In this document: in pieces, positions 39,557 through 53,200 of the stretch
Position numbering within the stretch: the first letter of the stretch is position 1
Layout: every line of letters begins with the position of its first letter
From: Octopus bimaculoides
Lineage: Eukaryota
Assembly: GCF_001194135.2 (NCBI RefSeq)
Contig: NC_069002.1
Coordinates: 14,863,590 to 14,927,589, forward strand
Length of the DNA stretch: 64,000 bases
Reading direction: 5' to 3'
Translations under genes and position numbers: made by a program
The notes under the pieces: model-generated
What the model was told of the DNA's origin: nothing
What the model saw: the letters and a program-made list of their open reading frames with translations, nothing else
The model's database searches: none

Positions 39557-42500
39557 ATACAGACACTAACATGCACACACACACACATGTATATCTATAT
39601 GTATGTCATTTATCAACCTTGCCTGCATGAGTTGGATGGAGTCTATTGATGAAAACTTTCTGCAACTGAATGCCCTTCCTGTCACTAGCCATTACCTGTT
39701 TTCCATATACTTTGTTATATCCACTTGTTTTTCTCTGATTCTAATCTATAAAGTGTGAAAATATATAGATTTTTGTGGATAGGAGTTGGATATATTAGTA
39801 GTTTGTGTATATGTGTGTATGTGTTTTTGTGTGTGAATGTATATTTATTTATTTGTTTCAATATTCCTTTGTATATCTTATGTTTTATATTTTCCAGAGG
39901 TTTGTGGTTTGATAAAATCTATGGTAACCTGCTAAAAGTAGATAGCTATGGAAACATTCTGATCTGTGTTCATGGCCTCAAAATTATGAAACAGTAAGAA
40001 CCATTTTGACTATTTTTCTGTCTCATTAATATTATTCTTTTATTCACCAGAATTATTTGTTTGTTCCACTATAAAATGAAATAATTTTAAGATGCTCAGA
40101 ATTACACCTGTAATATTTTGGTGTTATATTACACATGTTGTAAAGAGTAAAAATATATTAAACTCTGTTATCCAGGTGACCACGTCAGTAGCAGGGGTGG
40201 ATGCTCTGAGAGTGTTGCTGCTAGAATAGGAATAGTTTGTGCTGAGTTCAGAGAGCTCCTACCTCTGCTGGTAACAAAGGGTCTCTTGCTCACAGTGAAA
40301 GGTAGACTATATGATGCCTTGTGTGCAAACAGCCATGCTATATGACAGTGAAACATGGGCTGTGACTGCTGAGGACATGTGCAGGCTTGAAAGAAATGAA
40401 GCTAGTATGTTCCGAGGGATGTGTAATGTGAGTGTGCATACACAACAGAGTGTAAGCACCCTGAGAGAAAAGTTGGACATAAAAAGCATCAGATGTGGTG
40501 TGCAAGATGGAAAACTGCACTGGTATGATCATGTGATGCGTATGGATGAGGACAGCTATGTTAAGTGTCACACCCTAACAGTGAAGGGAACTTGTGGAAG
40601 AGGTAGACCCAGGAAGAAATGGGATGAGGTGGTGAAGCATGAGCTTCAAATGTTGGGCCTCACAGAGGCAATGACAAGTGACCAAAACCTTTGGAGATAT
40701 GCTGTGCTTGAAAAGACCCTGCTTGGGAAGACCCGACTTAATTCTTCTGCAAAACTGCTGGCCTTGTGCCAAAATATGAAACCAAATTTTGCTTAATTAT
40801 ATTCCTTTATCCCCCCTGTGACTGGAGGTGGGGATTGGTAGAATGCAGCCGCCATATTCTCTGCATGGTGTAACAGGCGACTAAAAGGGGTGGGAGTAAG
40901 GGGACTGGGAATCTTCTCCTCTGAGTAAATCCATATTCTTAAAAAGACAGCAAGAAAAAGACAAGGGGGTGGGAACAGCTTTGGTAGTTAGAAGTGTTGG
41001 AGTGAGAGAAGCAAGAGAATTTATAAATGATAGGAAAGTTTGGAGAGTGTTTGTGGATGGATGAGCGAATTTGATGTTGCTCAAAGGGGTATGGAACCAA
41101 CATGATGCAGTCAGGACCCGCTGCTGATATTGGGGGTTGCGTTTTATGCCTTGACCCAAGCATAAAACGGGGCTCATTTCTTTGAGCTGAGAAATGAATG
41201 GAATGTCTGGTGTGTGTCTTGTTGTGGCTACCTGCTCTTAAAAAAACAATAGGGAATAGGCCTCGGTATATATGTATTCTTTTATTCTTTTACTTGTTTC
41301 AGTCATTTGACTGTGGCCATGCTGGAGCATGGCCTTTGAGGGTTTTAGTTGAAAAAATCAACCTCAGGACTTATTCTTTGCATATTCTATCTGTCTCTTT
41401 TGCCAAACCACTAAATTATGGGGACATAAACTCACCAAAATCGGTTTTCAAGTGATGGTGGTGGAGATAACTGCAGATACAAAGACACACACACATATAT
41501 ACATAAAAATATATATACAATGGGCTTCTCTCAGTTTCTCTCTACCAAATTTACTTACAGTCTCTTGTTTCTCATCACCTGTGAATATTTGTTGTTGTTG
41601 GTACTCTGTCGCTTACGACATCGAGGTTTCCAGTTGATCTGATCAACGGAACAGCCTGCTCGTGAAATTAACGTGCAAGTGGCTGAGCACTCCACAGACA
41701 CGTGTACCCTTAACGTAGTTCTCGGGGATATTCAGCGTGACACAGAGTGTGACAAGGCTGACCCTTTGAATTACAGGCACAGCAGAAACAGGAAGTAAGA
41801 GTGAGAGAAAGTTGTGGTGGAAGAGTACAGCAGGGTTCGCCACCATCCCCTGCAGGAGCCTCGTGGAGCTTTAGGTGTTTTTGCTCAATAAACTCTCACA
41901 GCGCCCGGTCTGGGAATCAAAACCACGATCCTACAACCGCGAGTCCGCTGCCCTAACCACTGGGCNNNNNNNNNNNNNNNNNNNNNNNNNNNNNNNNNNN
42001 NNNNNNNNNNNNNNNNNNNNNNNNNNNNNNNNNNNNNNNNNNNNNNNNNNNNNNNNNNNNNNNNNNNNNNNNNNNNNNNNNNNNNNNNNNNNNNNNNNNN
42101 NNNNNNNNNNNNNNNNNNNNNNNNNNNNNNNNNNNNNNNNNNNNNNNNNNNNNNNNNNNNNNNNNNNNNNNNNNNNNNNNNNNNNNNNNNNNNNNNNNNN
42201 NNNNNNNNNNNNNNNNNNNNNNNNNNNNNNNNNNNNNNNNNNNNNNNNNNNNNNNNNNNNNNNNNNNNNNNNNNNNNNNNNNNNNNNNNNNNNNNNNNNN
42301 NNNNNNNNNNNNNNNNNNNNNNNNNNNNNNNNNNNNNNNNNNNNNNNNNNNNNNNNNNNNNNNNNNNNNNNNNNNNNNNNNNNNNNNNNNNNNNNNNNNN
42401 NNNNNNNNNNNNNNNNNNNNNNNNNNNNNNNNNNNNNNNNNNNNNNNNNNNNNNNNNNNNNNNNNNNNNNNNNNNNNNNNNNNNNNNNNNNNNNNNNNNN

Positions 42501-45500
42501 NNNNNNNNNNNNNNNNNNNNNNNNNNNNNNNNNNNNNNNNNNNNNNNNNNNNNNNNNNNNATCGACCCCAGGACTTATTCTTTAGAAGCCTAGTACTTAT
42601 TCTATCGTCTCTATTGCCGAACCGCTAAGTTACGGGGACATAAACACACGAGCATCGGTTGTCAAGCGATGTTGGAGGGACAAACACAGACATACAAACA
42701 CATACACACATACATATATATATATATACATATATACGACGGGCTTCTTTCAGTTTCCGTTTACCAAATCCACTCACAAGGCTTTGGTCGGCCTGAGGCT
42801 ATAGTAGAAGACACTTGCCCAAGATGCCACGTAGTGGGACTGAACCTGGGACCATGTGGTTGGTAAGCAAGCTACTTACCACAAATTTTCATCAAACTGT
42901 AAGCAGAACAGTAAAAATGTTAGATATATCACTTGAGTGCCCCTGGACTGGCTCTTGTGCGGGTGGCACACAAAATACACCATTTTGAGCGTGGCCGTTG
43001 CCAGTACCACCTGACTGGCCTTCATGCGGATGACATGTAAAAGCACCCACTACACTCTCGCAGTGGTTGGTGTTAGGAAGGGCATCCAGCTGTAGAAACT
43101 CTGCCAAATCAGATTGGAGCCTGGTGTAGCCATCTGGTTTCACCAGTCCTCAGTCAAATCGTCCAACCCATGCTAGCATGGAAAGCAGACGTTAAACGAT
43201 GATATCACTTGTTTATTATGTGACATTGTTTTTGTTATCTAACTTCCAGCATTGGAGCTTTATGTCTCATTAGCAACCAGTTCTTTTCATTAGAGGAAAA
43301 TTCAAATAATTAAAATTCAAAAAAAAAAACATGTACTCATATATACTTAGATTTTATTTTCTAAGCATTTTTTCATTTTTGTTCACCCTCTCAATTCTTA
43401 TAACATGTATTGACAAGTAGATGAGCAATAAATCAATTTTATACTATATATTTTTAAAATTTTGTTCCAGAAACTTACATGTTGGCCTGTATCGTCGATT
43501 ACTTCTCAAACTGTAAAGACTATGAAAAGTAAGTAAATAGTTTTTTTTAAAATTGATATACACATTTGAAACAGCCTTAGATTAAAATACTGGTGTCTAT
43601 AACATTTATAATCATCATCATCATTTAATGTCTGTTGCTGGGTTGGATGATTTATAACATTTATAATCATCATCATCATTTAACGCAGGGGTTTTCAAAC
43701 TTTTTGACTTGTGGACCCTTTTATATTTCAGACTTTACCTTATAAATGCTTATGAAATTTATACATAAATATTTGCTTAAAATAACATATTTTTACATTT
43801 ATTTATTTAACAGCATTTAATAAATAGGTTTATTGTCAATTAAAAGATTTCGATTAAAAAACATATATAAAATCAAATTGCCCATAAAAAGTATTTGTTG
43901 TCCACGGACCCCCTGTCTTGTCCTTGTGGACCCCCTGTGGTCCGCAGACCACAGTTTGAAAACCCCTGATTTAACGTCTGTTACTGGGTTGGATGATTTG
44001 ACTGGGCTGGTACGCTGGAAGGCTGCACCAGACTCCAGTCTGATCTGGCAGGGTTTTCTATTGCTGGATGCCCTTCCTAATGCCAACCACTCCGAGAGTG
44101 TAATGGGTGCTTTTATGTGCCACTGGCACAGGTGCTATTTGTGTGACACCAGAGTGCGTTTACATGCCACCAGCATAGGTACCAATTTGTGTGACACTGG
44201 TATCTGCCATGACTGCGATTTTGCTCAGCTTGATGGGTCTTCTTCTGAAGCACGATATAATGCCAAAGGTCTTGGTCATTGCCTCCATGAGGCCCAACAC
44301 TCGAAAGGAACTCAGCCACTTTGCCTCTGTGAGGCCGGACGCTTGAAAGGAACTCAGCTACCTCGCCTCCGTGAGGTCCAGCACTTGAAAGGAACTCAGC
44401 CACTTTGCCTCCATGAGGCCCAACGTTCAAAAGATGTTCTTTATGTGCCACCAGCACAGGTGCACTTGGCTTGATGGGTCCTCTCAAGCACAGCATATCG
44501 CCATAGGTCTCGGTCACCAGTCATTGCTAGTGTGAAGCTCAAAGTTCATACTTTACCACCTCGTCTCATGTCTTCCTGGGTCTACCTCTACCACAGGTTT
44601 GTTCCCTCTACATTTAGAGATCGGCACTTCTTTACACAGCTGTCCTTGTATGCATCACATGACCATACCAGCACAGTCATCTCTCTTGCACACCACTTAT
44701 GCCTAACCTTTCTCTCAAGGTGCTTACACTGTTGAACATGCATACTGATAGTGCACATCCAGCAAAGCATACTGGCTTCATTTCTTTCAAGCCTATTCAT
44801 ATCTTCAGCTGTCATAGCCCATGTTTCACTGCCATGCAGCATAGCTGTTCACAAACAAGCATCAAACAATCTGCCTTTCATGCTGAGAGAGAGGCCCTTT
44901 GTTGCCAGCAAGGGTAGGAGCTCTCTGAACTTTGCCCAGCCTAATCTTATTCTCACAGCTATGCTCTTGGAGCATCTATTACCACTACTAATTTGGTCAC
45001 CTAGATAACAGAAGCTATCTACTACCTTTAGCTTGCCCCCTCCCCCCAACAGTTGATGGAGTCTATTTTCTCCACATTTTCAGCGTTTATTGTACCTGTG
45101 GACCTTCCACATACAAAAGTTAGTTTCCCTGTTAACCTTCCTCTGATATTGCTGCACCTTTTATGTGTCCATAGCTTACACTGCATACATCTTATGGAGT
45201 TTCTACTTACACCTTTCCTACAGATTGAGCAGGGCCGTCTACCTGAAGGGATTTGTGATTTATCTGCCTTCCTACTTACTATGACTTTGGTTTTTGCTTA
45301 GGTTAACTCTAAGGCCCTTTGATTCTAGACCTTGCTTCCATACCTGGAACTTCTCTAGTTCTGGTAGTGACTCAGCTATTAGAGCAAGGTCATCAGCATA
45401 GAGAAGCTCCCAGGGAGCAGCCTTTCTTGAATTCCTCTGTTATTGCCTGGAGGATTATAATGAACAAGAAAGGGCTGAGCACCAATCCTTGGTGAACCCC

Positions 45501-48278
45501 TATTTGTACCCTGAATTCTTCACTGTACTCGTTGCCCACCCTCACCTTACTGGTAGCGTCCTTGTGCAAGGCTTGTCTGGAAGGGACTTTGTACCAGCCA
45601 CAGATTTGGTTTGTGGCACTCAGCAAGCTGTCTCACAGGAATTCTCAGTTGCCCTCTCTGTCACAAGTTTGTAGCTCTTCCTCCCTCTCATCAAATTTCT
45701 CAATTAGGATGTCCCTAAATCTCTGACCATATGAAAGATCCTTAAGCTTTGAAATCCTTTTCCAGATTGGTCTGCTTCTTGGTATCCTTCTGTCCTGGAG
45801 TCTGTAAATACAAATGAGAAATGGCACTAGCTGTGAAAATTACACAAAGGCACTTGTGTGTTAAAAACTCAGAGCTCCACTCGAAATGATGGTGGAACAC
45901 CAGACACCAGTGTTTTGACCTGGATTGGTCTCTTCAGTGACAAGGATCTTGGCTGTTTAGAACTGAGCTGAAAAATGCTTGTTCGGATATAGAAATTAAT
46001 AATCAAAGCATACCCTGATTTGAGCAAGGGTAACCAGACAAGAATTCTGGTCTAGATGTATTTAAAACAGCCTTAGATTAAAATAGCAGTGTGTATAGGC
46101 ATAATGTATATCTACAAATACGGACTGGCACTAGCTGTTGTATTTTATCGCAGACCAACATCTTGGCTTAAATGAGAACATCTGAGGTTTTTATCATCAC
46201 TGAGGGAATCGAATCAGGTCAAAACATCCCATCTAGTGTTCTGAGGAAAGCCATGTTTTTAACACAACATGAGTCTCTTTGAGACGTTTCTCCCAGACAA
46301 ACATGAGTACAGTTTTCCTCACAAGGCATTGGTTAACTCCAAGCTATATTGGTGGTGCTGAAATGTTCCTGGCTTTGGGTAAAAGAAAATACAAGAGGAT
46401 CAGTTAATTGTGATTTTATTCAACATTTTCCCCTCTCAAATTCACACACTTTTTGCAGCAGTCGTTCAGTTTTTCTAAGCCCTGTCAAAGAGCTCAGAAG
46501 GTTAGGCCTCCAACCAGGTCTTTTACAATATCCTTAAAGCTAGGAACTATTCAGCACCCCCTCATAGAAGATACTTGCTCAAGGTGCCATACATTCAGAC
46601 TGAACCTAAAACGATTTGGTATGATGTGAATTTTGTATCCATGCAGCCCACCACTCATACACACACACAAGTGTTTATGTAAACATCCCTAGGTCATATG
46701 CATATGCACATACACATGTGCACACTTACACATGCGTGCACATACACATGCACACACGTACACATACAGTTGTGTATGTATACTTACTTAGGTATATATG
46801 CATATACATTCATATGCACATACACACAGGCTCCTCTCTCTGTATACTAATCTGTTGTTTCTCTTTCACAGGACGGACACAGGGGTGAAAGCTGAATATT
46901 TATATATACCTTATACATCAATGTTCCAAGATGTCAGAGCTTCAATTGATTGGCTCTATCTTCAGGTAATTAGAGGAAGTCATCTTTTTATGATATATAC
47001 ATACATTCATCATCATCATCACTTAATGTCCACTTTCCATGCTGGCATTGGTTGGACAGTTTGACAGAGTACTGGCAAGCTAGGAGACTGCACCAGGCTT
47101 CAATCTGATCTTTCAAAGTTTCTACAGCTGGATACCCTTCCTAACGCCAACCACTCCGAGTGTGTAGTGGCTGCTTCTTACATGCCACCGGCATGGTAGC
47201 CAAGGCAGCACTGGCATTGACCATGCTGAAATGGTGCTTTTCACATTCCACCGGCACCAGAGCCCATCAAGCAGCACTGGCATTGACCACGCTTGAATGC
47301 TGCTTTCTATGTGCCACCAGTATTTCCATTGGTCACACTCGAATGGTGCTTTATATGTGCCACCAGCATGGGTGCCAATCAGGCGGCACTGTCATTGGCC
47401 ACGACAATAATTTCACTTGAGTCAACAGGTCTTCTTAAGCACAGCATATTGCCTGACGATTGAAGGGTACTTTTAAAGAGGCCAGTTATGTGACACTGGC
47501 ATCAACCATGGCTACGATCTCACTTGGCTTGCTGGGATTTTTCAAGCACAGCATATCTCCAAAGGTTTTGGTCACTTGTCAATTGCCTCTGTCAAGCCCA
47601 ACGTTCAAAAGGTTGTGCTTCACCACCTCATCCCATGTCTTCCTGAGTCAACCTCTTCTACAGGTTCCCTCCACTGTTAGGGTGTGACGCTTCTTCACAC
47701 AGCTGTTCTCATCCATACGCAACACATGACCATACCAGCACAGTCGTCTCTCTTGCACACCACATCTGATGCTTCTTGTGTCCAACTTTTCTCTTGGGGC
47801 ACTTACACTCTGCTTTGTATGCACACTGACATGACACATCCAGCAGAGCATACTAGCTTCATTTCCTTCAAGCCTACACATGTCCTCAGCAGTCGCAGCC
47901 CAGTTTCACTGCCGTGTAGCATGGCTGTTCACACATATGCATCATGCAGTCTACCTTTTACACTGAGTGAGAGGCCTTTTGTTACCAGCAGAGGTAGGAG
48001 CCCTCTGTACTTTGCCCAGGTTATTCTTATTCTAGCAGCTACGCTCTCAGAGCATCCACCCCAGCTACTGACTTTCTGATGTTGTAGAAATAAGTGTATA
48101 AGTCCATAGGTACATAGATCTAAGTGGGTTAAAGCCCTGGTATTGTAAATCCAGAAAAATGACATGAACATATCAACATTCAATAACAGAATTTTCAATA
48201 ATAATAATGTATATGACTTGAGATGTTTGCCTTAACATTTGTTGTCCTCTTTAACAATTATATATATCTGTATGTATG

Positions 48279-48320
<42 letters not shown>

Positions 48321-49022
48321 CCTGGCACATGAAAAGTCATTCAGGCGAGATCGTTGCCAGTGCTGCTGAACTGGCTCCTGTGCAGGTGGGACATAAAATA
48401 CACCATTCTGAGTGTGGCCATTGCCAGTACCGCCTGACTAACCTTCGTGCCGGTGGCACGTAAAAGCACCCTCTACACTCTCAGAGTGGTTGGCATTAGG
48501 AAGGGCATTCAGCTGTAGAAACTCTGCCAAATCAGATTGGAGCCTGGTGTAGCCATCTGGTTCACCAGTCAAATCGTCCAATCCATGCTAGCATGGAAAG
48601 CGAACGTTAAATGATGATGATGATACTGAGAAAAAAAGTCGTCAGAATTTTGAAAAAAATTTTTTTTATTTCTTCATTATTATTAGCGCTTTTGTTCCTG
48701 TTTTATATAACATCTGCTTTATATACATGAACAAGCTGTTTGTACATTCACAAAATTTTATTTGACAAGTTCGAGAAATGAATGAAATGCTAAAGGATTA
48801 AGTTGTAACTATTTTTTATATTCTTTCTTTTCCACAGAGTAATCTAAAGGACGAAACTGTCAAAGATATAGAAAAATACATTGAGCGCAACGACAGTTTA
48901 TCTACCTTACTTGAGCGGTATGTGCCATTTGGTATTCATAACATGTTTTTTCTTTTAATCTCTGATTTTGCTTTTATTTTTTGTTTTGGATTTGGTTGAT
49001 AGAAGTTGAAAGAAGCTAGTTT

Positions 49023-49060
<38 letters not shown>

Positions 49061-50152
49061 GGGGCATTTCACTCATGATCGTAAAATTGTGGTTTTGATT
49101 CCTGGACCAGGCAATGTGTTGTGTTCTTGAGCAGAACACTTCATTTTATACTGCTCCAGTCCACTCAGCTGGCAAAAATGAATAATCTCATCGAGGGGCA
49201 GGGGAATGTATATGCAAGAGAATCTAGGAAACTGGTCTTTTGAGCCTCTTATTTCAGAAAGGACTTTTAATCTTTTGATATATATATATATATATATATA
49301 NNNNNNNNNNNNNNNNNNNNNNNNNNNNNNNNNNNNNNNNNNNGTAATAAAGTTAATGTCTGGTCATAGAGTGACCAATGGTTTTGTATCCACGAAGTTG
49401 GATGAAGAGGTGGTACGGTACTAATGCAACTCAGTGGCCACTTGTTTGCAGGCTATGATAAAGATGAAAGGTGGTCATTTTGAAATGTAATTACTGCAAT
49501 GGATTAACACTTTACATTAGAACGTGTGTGCCAAATTTCATTATCCTACCTTAAGTTTATTTTGAATAATTAAGAAATATCAATGGGTAAACCTTTCTGA
49601 GACACCCTATAGTAGTTGTAGAAGTTGCAGTAGTAGCAGTAAATGTGTATGTTACTAAAATGATGCCTGATTCAAATGTATTTTCTAAGTTTGTGTTTCT
49701 ATTTTGACAGGATTCAAAAATATGGCGCCCAAAACTTGCTCATCACCAACAGTGACTTTTCATACACTGACGTAAGTGCTTCACCTCCCTTCATGTCAAC
49801 CCTGCATTTAACATTACTCTGTACACTGGAGAGGGACATCTCACCTAGTGTTTATTATATATATGTATAATATATTATTTCACACAGCATAGACAGTTTA
49901 AGTGCCAAATGAGAAATTTACATAAACATTCCTTAGAGTACATCTTTGACATATTACATTCATTTTTCATTTATGTAAGTTCCCAAGTCTGTACCTAACT
50001 GTTCTGAATATCTACTTGTGTATATGTGTGTGTATGAGCTTATATATGTCTGATGCTTTTTACTACTCGATGAGGTTAGCCAGAACCTGGAATATACCGG
50101 AGAGCTCTTATGATACTCCTCTGGATAATTTATCTCTATATGCTTATTCTAC

Positions 50153-50213
<61 letters not shown>

Positions 50214-53200
50214 TTTCACATAGGCATTGTTGAAATCTCTATAAATAAAGGCAAGGATGTGTGTGCATGGGTGCAAGCCTGCATAACTTCCAAAATTGAC
50301 TACTGATTTTCTCAAAACTCGGAACATGTATTACTTACGTTCCAGAGATGGTTTTAGACTCTTAAAATTTTTCACATAATGAGTAATGGGCCCTCTAGGA
50401 GCAGAAAATACCCTTTCTGGGTTACATGGAGAAAGGAGGTAACTCTTTATGAAATAACTCTCAAAAATTGTTTGTCTCCATTACATCCATTGGTCAAAAA
50501 ATTATCATAATCTCAATTGGCTGTGAAAGAGCAACACCTGCTCCAAAAAGCAGTACTGTATGTAAAATTAATGAGCAGCTGCTTCATTCCTGGAAGTCCT
50601 CACATCTATAAAGTCAGTTGATACAATCCCAGATCCAGAATTTCTCTTTTCCTCGAGGACTACTTCCCCACACATTGGATCTTAAAGTGGTAACTCCAGT
50701 AATGTTATTGAGGAATTTGGATCCACCAACACTCTGCAGTGGGACACACCTGGTGGTAAAGAAGATGATGCCACACACACACACATTAGTATAAAGGGAG
50801 ATAATACAATCACACATCATTGTTGCTGCTTGCTCTATTTAAATGTACACACACACAATGTCTCCCTCATTCTCAAAATCAATATTTAAAAAATTTTTTT
50901 TTCAGAAAATTATGAAATATTTACTGGAACCAGTAAATGCGGTAAGTTACTGTTTTTTTTCTGTTACTTTATTATTCTAACTAGCAGAAAGACTGCCCTC
51001 CGGGCGGATTTCTGCTAGCCACTTCATAATATTTTCACATTTGATTCCCAATTCTAATAATTGATATATTTTACGACTAATTATTTTTTTGTATAATAGT
51101 GTTCACTTGCTTAGTAAATATTGCTTTCATTATTTTAGCATGGTCATAATCTCTCTTTTTTTAAACAAACATCAAGGTAGTACAGCTATGGAAGGCAAAG
51201 CAATTTGTCAAGTTTTACCTTCCCCTCAAAGCATCATAGAGATTTCAATTCAGCAGCCCATCTATAAGCTTCGCAATGTGTGTGCGCGTGAGAGAGAGAA
51301 CATTGCAAATAATGAATGAAATAAACATAAAATGAAAAAAATCGTATAAATAAAAGGGCATTACTACAGATGTAGTAATAACATCCATAACATCCAGAAA
51401 AATCGATACCTTTTAAGAAAATTTTTTACAAATACAGCTTAGATATTATGGCTTCACAGTATATAGGGATTTATAGGAAATAATTTTTCTGAGAGGCTGG
51501 AGAGAGGAGTTTGGGAAAATTCACATGATCTGACTTTTTTCTCTCATAACTTTTAGGAAAATAGGTATCTTTTAATGAAACTTTATACAAATCCCTTTCA
51601 AATGGCATAGATTATGATTATAAAGAAATTTNNNNNNNNNNNNNNNNNNNNNNNNNNNNNNNNNNNNNNNNNNNNNNNNNNNNNNNNNNNNNNNNNNNNN
51701 NNNNNNNNNNNNNNNNNNNNNNNNNNNNNNNTATGATACAGTAGGTGTAACTCAGTTGTGACATGTGTAACATAGTAGGGGTAAAAATTGAGTAAACATA
51801 TGAAACTAGGTGAGGTTAACTGATGAAATAAATTTAACATAAAGGAGGTGTATGTAACATAGGTGTGACATGAAAGATATAAGAATAGCTAAGTAGGTGT
51901 GACTTGGAAGATATAGATGTAACTAAGTAGATGTGACATGAAGAATTTATATTGTAACAAAGCAGCTATTATTTGGTGGAATAGGGTAATGTAACAGGTG
52001 TAAGGATGGAAAGGTAACATAGAAAATATGATTTATTTATATTTCATTAGACCTGGGGGCAAGCGAAAGCGAAATTGTGATGGCACCTGTACCAGTAGAT
52101 CACTAAGAGCACCGTCCAAGCGTGATCGTTGCCAGAGCACCAGCTGTCTGGCTTCCGTGCTGGTGGCACGTAAATAGCACCATTTGAGTGTGATCATTAC
52201 CAACGTCGCCTTCCTGGCACTTGTGCCAGTGGCACGTGAAAGGACATTCAAGCGAGTTCGTTGCCAGTACCGCTGGACTGGCTCCTGTGCAGGTGGCATG
52301 TAAAATACACCATTTTGAGCATGGCCGTTGTCAGTACCGTCTGACTGGCCTTTGTGCCGGTGGCATGTAAAAGCACCCACTAAACTCTTGGAGTGGTTGG
52401 CATTAGGAAGGGCATCCAGCTGTAGAAACTCTGCCAAATCAGATTGGAGCCTGGTGTAGTCATCTAGTTCACCAGTCCTCAGTCAAATCGTCCAACCCAT
52501 GCTAGCATGGAAAGCGGACGTTAAACAATGATGATGATGATTAGAGTAAAATTGGCCCAACCCATAGCCTTCTTCAAGGCCTCTAAAACTGGTGGGAAGA
52601 AGGGTGAAACTCATTCTCTGTCTGTATTTTTGGTTTGAATGCTTGCAGCCAAGTGAATTCTTCAGAAGTATCCAAAAACCAATTGGTGGGTTTAAAATAT
52701 ATAACAGATTAGGTCTGTCTGTCAAGGGAATAACGAGAGTTAAAGCAATCAAAACTAATTAGAAGGAAAACACAAAAAAAAAGCAAACAAAAAACAAAAA
52801 CAACTTTTCTTGAAACTTGTGAATGATTTTAATTATTATTTATTGAACAGGTGACAGAATCACTAAATATTGGATGTCACATAGGCCCTATGAAGAAGGG
52901 ACAGATATATTCTGGAGGTAAGTCAAGAAGATCCTTAATTAATTTTCTAAAATTTCAGTTGGAATGATGTTAAACTTTATAATCATCAAAATGGAAGACA
53001 AGGTGTTGAAAACAAAGAACCTCATTGATGCTGTTATGGTGGGCCTCTTGCCATTTTGCATGTTTAAATTTCACACTTTAGATGTCTGATACCAAATAGA
53101 ATATTCTTCAAAAATAGGGCAGCGAGCTGGCAGAACCATTAGCGCGCCGGACGAAATGCTTAAAGGTATTTCGTCTGCCATTACATTCTGAGTTCAAATT

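Noticed and set aside
42880-42930. AAATTTTCATCAAAC as a candidate for the missing exon 5 (NKFI-like)
   Set aside because: No acceptor, no NTLFNLP continuation, and it abuts SINE and RTE sequence.
52620-52740. Acceptor-like sites upstream of exon 12 as a candidate for the missing exon 11
   Set aside because: No frame gives YFD or KPxFF motifs.
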